A stretch of 51,644 bases of DNA from an uncultured Actinomycetes bacterium (GCA_903845465.1 CAIMXQ010000084.1:1-51644); one strand, 5' to 3'. Counted from the stretch's first letter, positions 8,905 through 18,974 are shown. Notes: generated by a model from the sequence alone, not told the origin. Numbers and translations: made by a program.

Positions 8905-9493
8905 GCGATTGCACAACTACCAAACGTCCGCTGGTAGTTGCATCTAAGAGGTCATCGATTGCATCACGATCAATCGAGAGCGTGAGTCCTACTTCTCCCC
9001 CAAAGTTAGAGCTCTTTCTATCAATCGAGGTAACGAATACTCCGCTTGCTATGTGGTGTGGTTGCTCTGCTTTCTCACCATTTTTTGTATCGTGGAGCTG
9101 AAAGATTTCAACCACATCGCCAACTCCAACTGTCGACGGAATATCTGCAGAACGCACGCTCAAGCTGATTTGTTGGTGTGTCATCGCTACCGAATCTTCG
9201 GTAATCGCCGATCTTTCGAGTAACTCTCCACTCGATAGGTTGCGAGTAGTTATAGATCCAATCGGATTTGAAGTATGAGATGCGTACTTGGTCGATGATG
9301 GACCGAGTGAGACTGACTGCAATCCTAAGTCGTCTGCATCTAGCTGGGTTCCGGCTGCTACTGGATGTATCAATACCCAGAATTTCTCAGTGTGGTTGGC
9401 TGCAATCGACATTGCATAGGAAGCGATTAGTGCTGCTGCACAGAGAGCAACAGAGACGATTAGTCGTGAATATGTAATTTTCTTGGGAGCCAT
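8897..9493 (-). CDS. SAF-domain / CpaB-like membrane-anchored protein
   Basis: N-terminal TM, VAAGTQL..DL, LSSGELL, VGDVVEIF. Confidence 0.75.
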   Translation of the reverse strand: MAPKKITYSRLIVSVALCAAALIASYAMSIAANHTEKFWVLIHPVAAGTQLDADDLGLQSVSLGPSSTKYASHTSNPIGSITTRNLSSGELLERSAITEDSVAMTHQQISLSVRSADIPSTVGVGDVVEIFQLHDTKNGEKAEQPHHIASGVFVTSIDRKSSNFGGEVGLTLSIDRDAIDDLLDATTSGRLVVVQSHG

Positions 9494-9548
9494 GCGGCGC
9501 AGGATAGAGAGCGCCCATGAATACGCACCTTACTTATGCACACTACTT

Positions 9549-9584
9549 CTAAAGTGCTATGGGGGTTAGCACTTTAGTTTGTTT
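9549..9584 (+). terminator. 11-bp perfect inverted repeat followed by a T-rich tract (terminator or operator)
   Basis: CTAAAGTGCTA-TGGGGGT-TAGCACTTTAG then TTTGTTT. Confidence 0.5.
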
Positions 9585-9616
9585 CAACTCGCTATCGAGG
9601 ACTGCACCATCCACCC

Positions 9617-10144
9617 ATGACAACAGAACCTCAGGAACGAACATGGCGCGCAGAGCGTCCTTGGATGCAACTCATTTCCAGTACAGAAGATCCAGCGCTC
9701 TGGACCCATCCCGTACTCGATCTCTTCGCACCTCCCCCACGCGAAAAGTTTGAACAGAAGGCAAAGCTCTACCTTCTTCCTTCTACATTTGGGGAAGAAC
9801 TTGAAGCTGATGAGATGCCAGTGCCAACATCTGCTTCTGTTCTACCAGATATTCACGCATGGACGATGAAGTTCATTGTGAGCGTTGTTGAAATATGGGG
9901 CGGGAGAAGACAGCCAGCGCAATTAATCCGATGGTGTCACCGTGTGATTTATATGGAGCTCTTAAAGAAATCAGGAAGTCAGAAAGAGATTGGAAAAATT
10001 AAGAGCATCCATCAATCTCAACCGCTCGATGGGATCTGCGAGAACACAGTATTGATTCGTTATGGAGATCGCCTTCGTGCAGTAGTCATTCGATTTGAAG
10101 GCGTCGACGGACGTTGGTTGTGTACTGCTTTGGAGATGATCTAG
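9617..10144 (+). CDS. Rv3235-family protein
   Basis: EIWGGRRQPAQL.RW and RLRAVVIRFE..DGRWLCTALE; convergent with secA as in other Actinobacteria. Confidence 0.85.
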   Translation: MTTEPQERTWRAERPWMQLISSTEDPALWTHPVLDLFAPPPREKFEQKAKLYLLPSTFGEELEADEMPVPTSASVLPDIHAWTMKFIVSVVEIWGGRRQPAQLIRWCHRVIYMELLKKSGSQKEIGKIKSIHQSQPLDGICENTVLIRYGDRLRAVVIRFEGVDGRWLCTALEMI

Positions 10145-10154
10145 CGAAAGCGAA

Positions 10155-12827
10155 TTAAGCGGCTCCGTGGCAGCGCTTAAATTTCTTACCGGATCCGCAA
10201 GGACATGGGCTATTGCGCGAAACATCAGTTGATGTGGCAACGCCATTTTCATCTGCTGCGGTGTATTTAAGTTGTTGGACTTGTACCGGCTTCTCTTCAA
10301 CTCCACGAGCTTTTACTTCCGAGCCATCGCCTTCGATTGTCACCTCAACATTGAAGACAAGGCTTGCTAGCTCTTCCTTAATTGCATCCATCATCGCAGA
10401 GAAGAGCTCGTAACCTTCGCGCTGGTATTCCACTAAAGGATCGCGCTGCGCCATAGCACGAAGGCCGATTCCTTCTTGGAGGTAATCCATCTCGTAGAGA
10501 TGTTCGCGCCATTTGCGATCGAGAACCGAGAGCAGAACTTTGCGCTCGAGTTCGCGTAGGACTTCGGTGCCAAGTTCTTCTTCGCGTGCTTTATATGCCT
10601 TTGCTGCATCGTCGATAATACGAGCTTCAAGGAAATCAACATCAAGTGCGGCGGCGGATCCAACTTCGGCAATGATCTGTTCTGGAGTAAATGAGATTGG
10701 ATAGAGCAGCTTGAGCGCTGTCCATAATTGTTCAAGATCCCAATCTTCGCCATAACCCTGTTGTGATGCGGCATGAACATATGCTGAAAGCGTGTCAGCG
10801 ACAAAGTCATTGACCTGTACGCCAATATCTTTTCCTTCAAGTACCAATCTACGTTCGCTATATATAACTTCGCGCTGACGGTTCATGACATCGTCATATT
10901 TCAAGACGTTCTTACGGATTTCAAAGTTCTGAGCTTCAACTTGAGTCTGGGCAGATCGAATGGCGTTAGAGACCATCTTTGATTCGATAGGTTCATCTTC
11001 AGGAAGACCAGCAGCGGCAAGTACTCGCTCAACAATTCCTGAATTAAATCGGCGCATCAAATCATCCTGAAGAGAGAGATAGAAACGTGATTCTCCAGGA
11101 TCGCCTTGACGACCAGAACGCCCGCGCAACTGGTTATCGATACGGCGGGACTCGTGGCGTTCAGTACCTAAGACGTAAAGTCCGCCGAGAGATACAACTT
11201 CCTCGTGTTCTTTAGAAATAGCATCCTTCTGCTTTGCAATTTCTGCCGCCCATGCAGCTTCATACTCAGTTGGATTATCCACTGGAGATATTCCACGTCG
11301 TTGAATTTCAAAGTCAGCCATAAATTCTGGGTTTCCACCGAGCATGATGTCGGTTCCACGACCTGCCATATTGGTTGCAACGGTTACTGCGCCCTTCGTA
11401 CCTGCGCGGGCAACGATTGCAGCTTCGCGTTCGTGGTGCTTTGCATTGAGCACTTCGTGAGGAACTCCAGCTTTCTTGAGGAAGGCAGAGAGCTCTTCTG
11501 ACTTTTCTACGCTGACGGTACCTACAAGAACAGGTTGTCCTTTGCGGTGACGTTCGACAATGTCACGAGTAACTGCAGCAAATTTTCCAACTTCTGATTT
11601 GTAAACCAGATCTGGTTGATCAATTCGTTGCATATCGCGGTTCGTAGGAATTGGAACAACGCCAAGTTTGTAGATCTGATGGAATTCGGATGCCTCAGTC
11701 ATTGCAGTACCGGTCATACCCGAAATTGTTTGGTAGAGACGGAAGTAATTCTGCAGAGTAATCGTTGCAAGAGTCTGGTTTTCATCCTTGATTTCAATAC
11801 GTTCTTTTGCTTCGAGAGCTTGGTGTAATCCCTCGCTATAACGACGGCCAGCTAGCATGCGTCCGGTGTGCTCATCCACAATCAAAAGCTCACCGTTCAT
11901 AACTACATAATCTTTATCGCGCTTGAAAAGCTCCTTGGCGCGAACTGAATTGTTGAGGTAGCCAATGAGAGTTGTGTTTGCAGCCTCGTAAAGGTTTTCG
12001 ATCTTGAGAAGTTCTTCGACTTTGGTAACCCCTTCTTCGAGAATACCAATGGTCTTCTTCTTCTCATCTACCTCGTAGTGCTTGTCGCGATCTAGTTTCG
12101 TGGCGATATTTGCAAATTCGACGTACCACTTGGTGGCCTTGTCGGCAGGTCCACTAATAATCAATGGAGTACGTGCTTCATCGATCAAAATCGAGTCAAC
12201 TTCGTCAACGACTGCGAAGAAGTGTTCGCGCTGTACGCAATCTTCGAGAGACCACGCCATATTGTCGCGAAGATAATCAAAACCAAATTCATTATTGGTG
12301 CCATAGGTAATATCTGAAAGATATGCCGCGCGCCGCTCTGCAGGAGTCATGCTGTTAAGAATGACGCCAACAGTTAATCCGAGGAAGCGATGGATACGTC
12401 CCATCCATTCGCTATCGCGCTCGGCGAGATAGTCGTTAACGGTAACAACGTGAACGCCTTTGCCAGCTAGCGCATTGAGGTAAGAGGGAAGCGTTGCAAC
12501 AAGAGTCTTTCCTTCACCAGTACGCATTTCAGCGATATTGCCTGAGTGCAGCGCTGCTCCACCCATAATTTGAACGTCGTAGTGGCGTTGTCCAAGGGTG
12601 CGTTTTGCAGCTTCGCGCACAACCGCGAATGCTTCGGGCATAAGATCGTCGAGAGTTTCGCCTTGTTCGAGGCGGCTCTTAAATTCTGTGGTCTTTGATC
12701 GTAATTGCTCATCAGATAGCGGAGATATTGAACCTTCGAAGGCATTGACCTTGTCGACGATCTTGCTGAGATCGCGAAGAATTTTTCCTTCGCCAGCTCG
12801 CATGATCCGATCGAGAATTGAAGCCAT
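10155..12827 (-). CDS. secA: Preprotein translocase ATPase SecA
   Basis: [48 protein letters not shown]-terminal [13 protein letters not shown]. Confidence 0.99.
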   Translation of the reverse strand: MASILDRIMRAGEGKILRDLSKIVDKVNAFEGSISPLSDEQLRSKTTEFKSRLEQGETLDDLMPEAFAVVREAAKRTLGQRHYDVQIMGGAALHSGNIAEMRTGEGKTLVATLPSYLNALAGKGVHVVTVNDYLAERDSEWMGRIHRFLGLTVGVILNSMTPAERRAAYLSDITYGTNNEFGFDYLRDNMAWSLEDCVQREHFFAVVDEVDSILIDEARTPLIISGPADKATKWYVEFANIATKLDRDKHYEVDEKKKTIGILEEGVTKVEELLKIENLYEAANTTLIGYLNNSVRAKELFKRDKDYVVMNGELLIVDEHTGRMLAGRRYSEGLHQALEAKERIEIKDENQTLATITLQNYFRLYQTISGMTGTAMTEASEFHQIYKLGVVPIPTNRDMQRIDQPDLVYKSEVGKFAAVTRDIVERHRKGQPVLVGTVSVEKSEELSAFLKKAGVPHEVLNAKHHEREAAIVARAGTKGAVTVATNMAGRGTDIMLGGNPEFMADFEIQRRGISPVDNPTEYEAAWAAEIAKQKDAISKEHEEVVSLGGLYVLGTERHESRRIDNQLRGRSGRQGDPGESRFYLSLQDDLMRRFNSGIVERVLAAAGLPEDEPIESKMVSNAIRSAQTQVEAQNFEIRKNVLKYDDVMNRQREVIYSERRLVLEGKDIGVQVNDFVADTLSAYVHAASQQGYGEDWDLEQLWTALKLLYPISFTPEQIIAEVGSAAALDVDFLEARIIDDAAKAYKAREEELGTEVLRELERKVLLSVLDRKWREHLYEMDYLQEGIGLRAMAQRDPLVEYQREGYELFSAMMDAIKEELASLVFNVEVTIEGDGSEVKARGVEEKPVQVQQLKYTAADENGVATSTDVSRNSPCPCGSGKKFKRCHGAA

Positions 12828-12865
12828 CGGTCTACCTTCCAGTTGCAGTACTACAGGACGCTAAA

Positions 12866-13513
12866 TCAACCCTCTAATACTAGGGGTTCGGCGACGCAGG
12901 CAGTTACGGCAGCAGCCACCTCAATCCCCTTCTCACGAAGGGCACGTGCGGCTTCACTGATAGTTGCCCCAGTTGTGACGAGGTCGTCAATCAAAAAAGC
13001 CTTTCCATTGAGGTGTTTCACAGCAATGAGGGCCCCATTGATATTTAGAAATCTATGTTTGGCATCCAGTGAGGATTGATCACGAACCTTTCTGATATGT
13101 CGTAAGTTTTCATACGTTGGTAAACCAGAATTCTCTGACAGCGTGTGGGAAAGATCTGTTATGAATTGTCTTCCGCGAAGTCGAGCGACTGCTTTTCGAG
13201 ATGGAATTGGTACCAAAAAACCAACTCCTTGTTCCTTGATGCAATACCGAAGCGCATGCATGAGCGCATTGGTGATTAGCGTATCCGCGTTAATGAGTCC
13301 ACTCTCTTTTGCGGCCAAAATAACTTTTCCTGCAATTGGCGAGTAAGGAATTGCCGAGTAAATGGGGAAATGCGGAGAACTATTAGACCAGGTTCGATAA
13401 ATGTGCGGATGCCAATAGCGTCTACATACCGAGCAAATATTTAGGCCGAGCGCTGAACAACCGATGCACCTGCTTGGAAAGATCAGCTCCTGAATCGAGC
13501 GAAGGCTTTTCAC
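12866..13513 (-). CDS. comF: ComF-family phosphoribosyltransferase
   Basis: FPSRCIGC..CSVC zinc ribbon and LIDDLVTTGAT PRPP motif. Confidence 0.88.
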   Translation of the reverse strand: MKSLRSIQELIFPSRCIGCSALGLNICSVCRRYWHPHIYRTWSNSSPHFPIYSAIPYSPIAGKVILAAKESGLINADTLITNALMHALRYCIKEQGVGFLVPIPSRKAVARLRGRQFITDLSHTLSENSGLPTYENLRHIRKVRDQSSLDAKHRFLNINGALIAVKHLNGKAFLIDDLVTTGATISEAARALREKGIEVAAAVTACVAEPLVLEG

Positions 13514-13532
13514 TCATTCATTATGAGTGAAA
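13508..13532. promoter_or_regulatory. 10-bp perfect inverted repeat over the comF -10 and GTG
   Basis: TTTCACTCAT-TCATT-ATGAGTGAAA. Confidence 0.55.
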
Positions 13533-13544
13533 CCCAATCGGGGG

Positions 13545-15113
13545 TTAGAGGTAGAAATTCTCTTGGTGGAAATCTTCCGGAGTAATCTTGATAGGACGAG
13601 CATTGATTGAATCTCCAGCTACTCGTGGAAGTGTAAGTACAAAGTGAGCACCTTTGCCGGGCCTTCCCCACGCATCAAGTTCTCCATTATGTAAGCGCGC
13701 ATCCTCGAGAGCGATAGAAAGTCCTAAGCCAGTTCCTCCGCGAACTCGTGCGCGCGAAGGGTCAGCTCGCCAGAATCGATCAAAGACTCGGATGAGCGCT
13801 GATTCATCAAGTCCGGACCCAAAATCACGAACTCCGATTCCAACCTCGGTGTCCGTTGCAACAATGGTGACCACGACTTCTTGATTATCAGCATGGTCTA
13901 GAGCATTCGAGAGCAGGTTGCGCAAGATTCTTTCAACGCGACGAATATCAGCTTTGATGTGCACAGAATCTGACTCTGAAATAACGCGTATTCCCGATTC
14001 GGTATCAACATCGCCAAGTTCAAAATCTTTGATGCAGCGCTTAACGAGTGCGACCACATCAAAATCAGCAGGCTCGAGCACTGCAACTTCAGCATCAAAG
14101 CGACTTACTTCAAGGAGATCTTCGAGCAAGCGTTCAAATCGTTCGATTTGCGCTGATAGAAGTTCTGAACTGCGGGACACAACAGGATCGAAAGTGGTTC
14201 GTTGGTTATAAATGACTTCAGATGCCATGCGTAAAGTCGTCAATGGCGTGCGTAGTTCGTGTGAAACATCTGAAACAAAGCGCTGCTGGACGCGCGAAAG
14301 ATTTTCAAGTCGCGAAATTTGTTGTTCAATGGATTGAGCCATCTCGTTATACGAACGGGCGAGCGTTGCCATCTCATCCTCTGATTTGACCGACATTCGC
14401 TGGCTGAAATCACCCTCTGTAAATTGATTCGCGATTCGAGCAGCTTCGCGCACAGGGCGAACTACTTGCCTCACAACGAGAGAAGTAATCAGAGCAATGA
14501 GAAGAACTAGTACTAAACCGGCAATGAGGAGAGAGGTTTTGATGAGTTCGAGGGTTGCCTGCTGATTCCCAAGAGAAAAGACGATATACATTTCATAGAG
14601 TCCAGCAGATGGAATACTTACTCTTTTACCAACGACGAGAGATTTTTCAACAATCCCAGATTTCTGCTTGATGTTGGTATAGGCATACTTCAACTCACCG
14701 CTTTTAGTAACTTCCTTTCTTAATGCAAGCGGCACTGAACGAGGATCGATGAGCTCGGAAGACATTTCGTATGAGGTGCTGGATTGCGCAGTTTTGGATG
14801 ATCGTAAAAAGATAATCTCTCGCCGCGCTTCTTTAACTACTTGAGTAGTTGAATTCACCACGATATCTGCGAGGATCTTCTTCCGTTCTTCAACGGTTGA
14901 ATTCCTTGAAATTACCAATTTATATTCTGCATCGAAGAAGGTAAATCTTGATTCAGCAAGAGAGGAGGAAAGAGATGCTGAACGGATTCCATCTGAAAGC
15001 CGTGAATACAGGGCTGATCCTGAAAGTGAGACAACTCCGAGTGAGAGAAGAACGGTAGAGAGAATTACTTTCGTTGCAAGAGATTGCGAAAGTGCCTGAC
15101 GAATACCCCTCAT
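13545..15113 (-). CDS. mtrB: Sensor histidine kinase MtrB
   Basis: Two TM, HAMP, FVSDVSHELRTPLTT, RFWRADPSRAR..GGTGLGLSI; downstream of mtrA. Confidence 0.95.
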   Translation of the reverse strand: MRGIRQALSQSLATKVILSTVLLSLGVVSLSGSALYSRLSDGIRSASLSSSLAESRFTFFDAEYKLVISRNSTVEERKKILADIVVNSTTQVVKEARREIIFLRSSKTAQSSTSYEMSSELIDPRSVPLALRKEVTKSGELKYAYTNIKQKSGIVEKSLVVGKRVSIPSAGLYEMYIVFSLGNQQATLELIKTSLLIAGLVLVLLIALITSLVVRQVVRPVREAARIANQFTEGDFSQRMSVKSEDEMATLARSYNEMAQSIEQQISRLENLSRVQQRFVSDVSHELRTPLTTLRMASEVIYNQRTTFDPVVSRSSELLSAQIERFERLLEDLLEVSRFDAEVAVLEPADFDVVALVKRCIKDFELGDVDTESGIRVISESDSVHIKADIRRVERILRNLLSNALDHADNQEVVVTIVATDTEVGIGVRDFGSGLDESALIRVFDRFWRADPSRARVRGGTGLGLSIALEDARLHNGELDAWGRPGKGAHFVLTLPRVAGDSINARPIKITPEDFHQENFYL

Positions 15114-15128
15114 TGGAAGAGAGCCCCT

Positions 15129-15809
15129 TTACGCTGGGCCGCCCGCCTTATAACCAACCCCACGGACTGTCATCACAATTTCAGGAATCTCAGGATTATG
15201 TTCAACTTTGGAACGAAGACGTTGCACGTGAACATTTACTAAACGTGTATCTGTACTGTGGCGATATCCCCATACTTCACTTAAGAGAGCATCACGAGTA
15301 AATACGCGTCCTGGATCTTTTGCAAGGGCTACAAGAAGATCAAACTCAAGACGAGTGAGTTGAATAAGTGTTGTGCCACGACGCACTTCATGGGCGGTCA
15401 CATCGATTACAAGGTCACCGATTGTGAGCAAACCAGTGATATCAGCGTTAGTACGACGTAAGCGGGTTCTAATTCGCGCGATGAGTTCTGCCTTATCGCG
15501 GAATGGCTTCTGCATGTAATCATCGGCACCAGCTTCAAGTCCACGCACGATATCTTGCGTCTCGCCCTTTGCGCTCAGCATGACAATTGGAACCATAGAT
15601 TCTTGTCTAATTAATCTACAGACTTCGATGCCATCAATTCCAGGCAACATCACATCAAGCAAGACAAGGTCTGGAGGATTATTTCTAAATACCTCCAGCG
15701 CCTCGTCTCCACGACTTACTAAATCTACGTCAAAGCCTGAACTTGTGAGAACAATTCCAAGCATTTCTGCGAGGTCTTGATCGTCATCGACGACCATAAC
15801 CAAAGTCAT
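15129..15809 (-). CDS. mtrA: Response regulator MtrA
   Basis: VVDDD..LAEMLGIVL and DTRLVNVHVQRLRSKVE signature. Confidence 0.95.
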   Translation of the reverse strand: MTLVMVVDDDQDLAEMLGIVLTSSGFDVDLVSRGDEALEVFRNNPPDLVLLDVMLPGIDGIEVCRLIRQESMVPIVMLSAKGETQDIVRGLEAGADDYMQKPFRDKAELIARIRTRLRRTNADITGLLTIGDLVIDVTAHEVRRGTTLIQLTRLEFDLLVALAKDPGRVFTRDALLSEVWGYRHSTDTRLVNVHVQRLRSKVEHNPEIPEIVMTVRGVGYKAGGPA

Positions 15810-17090
15810 TTAGGAACCGTGCTCCCAAGAGTTGAGGTACATATCTTGTGCAGGTGTAAGCACATCGATACGTCCACCCATTGACTTGAGTTTGAGTGAA
15901 GCAACTTCCTTATCGATATATGTAGGAACTTCGTGAACTCCTGCAGGAAGATTCTTTGCTTCCTTAACAAGGTATTCAGCGGTAAGTGCCTGATCAGAGA
16001 ATGACATATCCATGACTGATGCTGGGTGTCCTTCTGCCGCTCCTAGGTTTACAAGGCGTCCTTCCGCAAGAAGAAGTAGACGACGGCCATCCTTCATGAC
16101 GTATTCGTCAGTCTGGTGACGCATCTTTGCATTCTTCTTTACTGAGTTCTGCTCGAGCCATGCAACATCGATTTCGATATCGAAGTGGCCTGAGTTGGCC
16201 ATGATTGCGCCATCCTTCATAACCGCGAAGTGTTCGTCACGTAGTACGTCGCGGTTACCTGTAACGGTAATGAAAACATCGCCGACCTTTGCAGCGTCAA
16301 CCATTGGCATGACGCGGAATCCTTGCATCATTGCATCAAGTGCCTTTGTAGGATCAATTTCAGTAACGACGACATCTGCGCCCATACCCTTTGCGCGTTC
16401 TGCAACGCCCTTACCGCAGTAACCAAATCCAGCAACGACGACAATGCGTCCTGCGAGAAGGAAGTTGGTCGCACGGAATACAGCATCAAGTGTTGACTGG
16501 CCTGTTCCGTAACGGTTATCGAACATGTGCTTGGTATCTGTGTCATTGACAGCGATCATTGGGAATGTAAGTGCGCCATCTTTTGCCATTTGATTAAGGC
16601 GAATTACACCAGTTGTAGTCTCTTCGCAGCCTCCTGCAATATTTGGAAGGAGCTCCTTGCGAGTTGTGTGAAGAGTATTGACGAGGTCGCAACCATCATC
16701 GAAGACTTGGTGTGGGTTGATATCGAGGGCTGCATTGATGTGTGCGTAGTAGCCATCGCGGTCAACTGCATTACGTGCAAATACTGAAATTCCATATTCG
16801 TGAACGAGAGCTGCTGCTGTGTCATCTTGTGTTGAAAGTGGGTTTGAAGCACAGAGTGCAATCTCTGCACCGCCCGCTTTAAGTACTCGCATCAAGTTTG
16901 CTGTCTCAGTTGTGACGTGCATACATGCCGCGATTCGCACGCCCACGAATGGTTGTGATTTTTCAAAACGTTCGCGGATCTGGGCAAGCACAGGCATATT
17001 GCGCTCTGCCCATTCGATCTTCTTGCGGCCAGCTTCAGCAAGTGATGCATCAGCAATGTCATGCTTTGGAATAGTTGTAACAGGTGTCAT
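15810..17090 (-). CDS. ahcY: Adenosylhomocysteinase (short, insert-less type)
   Basis: [51 protein letters not shown]; SD AGGGGAG. Confidence 0.97.
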   Translation of the reverse strand: MTPVTTIPKHDIADASLAEAGRKKIEWAERNMPVLAQIRERFEKSQPFVGVRIAACMHVTTETANLMRVLKAGGAEIALCASNPLSTQDDTAAALVHEYGISVFARNAVDRDGYYAHINAALDINPHQVFDDGCDLVNTLHTTRKELLPNIAGGCEETTTGVIRLNQMAKDGALTFPMIAVNDTDTKHMFDNRYGTGQSTLDAVFRATNFLLAGRIVVVAGFGYCGKGVAERAKGMGADVVVTEIDPTKALDAMMQGFRVMPMVDAAKVGDVFITVTGNRDVLRDEHFAVMKDGAIMANSGHFDIEIDVAWLEQNSVKKNAKMRHQTDEYVMKDGRRLLLLAEGRLVNLGAAEGHPASVMDMSFSDQALTAEYLVKEAKNLPAGVHEVPTYIDKEVASLKLKSMGGRIDVLTPAQDMYLNSWEHGS

Positions 17091-17182
17091 ATGTATTTCT
17101 CCCCTAATGTAAAAACGGCTGTTTTTTCGCTTGACCTTCGGCGTAGGGCTCTACTGTGCTAGTCGGCTATGGATATAGGTTA
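17091..17182 (-). promoter_or_regulatory. ahcY promoter (-10 TAACCT) and about 80-nt structured 5' leader
   Basis: TAACCT at 17182-17177; hairpins GUAG-AGCC-CUAC and AAAAAC-AGCC-GUUUUU. Confidence 0.5.
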
Positions 17183-17212
17183 GTGGAAGAGCCTAAAAAT
17201 AGTTAAAAGGGC

Positions 17213-18565
17213 TTATCCGCGGATCGTGTTAAGTACATCATCTCGGACCTTCTCCATGCGAGCCTGCGTTGAAGCCTCAACGTTGAGTCGAAGGAGGGGC
17301 TCGGTATTAGATGCTCGAAGATTGAACCACCAGGTGTCACTGTTAATAGTCAATCCATCTAGGTGGTCGACTTCGACTCCATCTTTCTTTCCATATAACT
17401 TTTCAATCGTGTCCATAGCAGCTTGAGCATCAGAAACTGTTGAATTAATTTCACCGCTTGCGTGATATCGATTAAAAGGTGCGAGTAACTTTGAGAGCGT
17501 CGTCTTGGTCTCGCCAAGTGCAGCAATTGCATGGAGAGCTGCCAGCATTCCTGAATCTGCCTTCCAGAAATCACGGAAATAGAAATGCCCCGAGTGCTCG
17601 CCACCGAATACCGCATTAGTTTCTGCCATGAGCTTCTTAATATATGAATGACCTACTCGAGAACGAACTGCAGTGCCGCCATTTTCTTCGACAACTTCTT
17701 TGACGGCTCGAGATGAGATTAAGTTATAAATGATATTTGAAGTTGGATAGCGCTTAAGTTCGCGCGTAGCAATGAGCGCTGTGAGCGCCGACGGATTAAC
17801 AAGTTCGCCCTTTTCATTAACCAGGAAGCAGCGATCTGCGTCGCCATCAAATGCAAGGCCGATATCAGCTCCGTGTTTCTTCACCGCTTTTTGAAGATCT
17901 TTAAGGTTTGAAGGTTCAATCGGGTTGGCCTCGTGATTTGGGAAAGTTCCATCTAATTCAAAGTACATCTCAATAATTTCTGCGTTAAGGCGCTTGAAGA
18001 CGGCGGGTGCTGTGTATCCGCCCATTCCATTTCCTGCATCAATGACAATTTTCAATGGGCGAATTGTTGAGACATCGACAAGGGTCAGTAAGTGATCTAC
18101 ATACTCCTCGAGCATATTTCGCTGCTTCTCGACGCCAGCGCTACGCATCGCCATCGGAGTTCCCTCGGTAACGAATTTCTCTATGGTCATCAATCCTGAT
18201 TCTTTACCGATAGGACGTGCACCACTGAGACACAGCTTTATTCCGTTGTATGCGGCTGGGTTATGGCTTGCTGTAAACATCGCGCCAGGAAGATTGAGTT
18301 TTCCTGATGCGAAATACAACATATCTGTGGATGCCAATCCGATACGGATGACATCAAGACCTTGAGAAGTAACGCCTGCTGAAAAGGCAGTTGCAAGTGT
18401 GGGAGAAGATGGCCGCATATCTTCACCAATAACGACGGTTCCAGGTTCGCGCTCGAGTTCAAGAAATCGTGCAACTGCAATTCCGGTGGCAAATGCAAAA
18501 TCGGCGGTGAGCTCTTTATCGACGAGGCCACGGATGTCGTATGCCTTGAATATCGATGCGCTCAT
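17213..18565 (-). CDS. manB: Phosphomannomutase/phosphoglucomutase
   Basis: FKAYDIRG, TASHNP, DGDADR, GGEHSGH, RASNTEP. Confidence 0.95.
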   Translation of the reverse strand: MSASIFKAYDIRGLVDKELTADFAFATGIAVARFLELEREPGTVVIGEDMRPSSPTLATAFSAGVTSQGLDVIRIGLASTDMLYFASGKLNLPGAMFTASHNPAAYNGIKLCLSGARPIGKESGLMTIEKFVTEGTPMAMRSAGVEKQRNMLEEYVDHLLTLVDVSTIRPLKIVIDAGNGMGGYTAPAVFKRLNAEIIEMYFELDGTFPNHEANPIEPSNLKDLQKAVKKHGADIGLAFDGDADRCFLVNEKGELVNPSALTALIATRELKRYPTSNIIYNLISSRAVKEVVEENGGTAVRSRVGHSYIKKLMAETNAVFGGEHSGHFYFRDFWKADSGMLAALHAIAALGETKTTLSKLLAPFNRYHASGEINSTVSDAQAAMDTIEKLYGKKDGVEVDHLDGLTINSDTWWFNLRASNTEPLLRLNVEASTQARMEKVRDDVLNTIRG

Positions 18566-18602
18566 ATAAGTATCGTAAGGATAAAGGTGTGAGAAAGTGA
18601 AA

Positions 18603-18974
18603 TTAAGAGGGAACTGCGCGTAGATGCCCTCTGCGACCTACGCTGGATTGTGACTGCGCCGAAGCAGCTGTTGAAGATTCTTCTACTGGTGCCTGGGCAA
18701 CTTCACGAACGGCATCAGCAATTGCCATTAAATCATCGTCGCTAGGACCTGCTGCGTTGTTATCTATTGCTTGACGAATTACGTTCCATCCATTTGGGAC
18801 AGTAAGTCGAGCTGAATGTTTCTCGCAGAGATCGTATGAATGTGGTTCAGAGAAAGTTGCAAGTGGCCCCAACACTGCAGTGGAGTCAGAGTAAATATAT
18901 GTCAAAGTCATAGACGCTACGGATCGACAGCTGACGCGCGAACATACGCGGCCGGTTCGAACCTGGGTACTCAT
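18603..18974 (-). CDS. DUF3499 protein (Rv3258c-like)
   Basis: CSRVSC, TLTY.YSDSTAVLGPL, YDLCEKH, DDLMAIADAVRE, RRGHLRAV. Confidence 0.92.
   Translation of the reverse strand: MSTQVRTGRVCSRVSCRSVASMTLTYIYSDSTAVLGPLATFSEPHSYDLCEKHSARLTVPNGWNVIRQAIDNNAAGPSDDDLMAIADAVREVAQAPVEESSTAASAQSQSSVGRRGHLRAVPS

Noticed and set aside
9549-9577. CIRCE (HrcA) operator
   Set aside because: Half-sites resemble TTAGCACT but are everted with a 7-nt spacer, and no chaperone gene is adjacent.
12828-12865. raiA-motif RNA downstream of comF
   Set aside because: The spacer is only 38 bp and raiA/hpf is absent.
17091-17212. Canonical SAH or SAM riboswitch upstream of ahcY
   Set aside because: By eye no match to their conserved cores; kept only as an unknown candidate. 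An Infernal search would decide.
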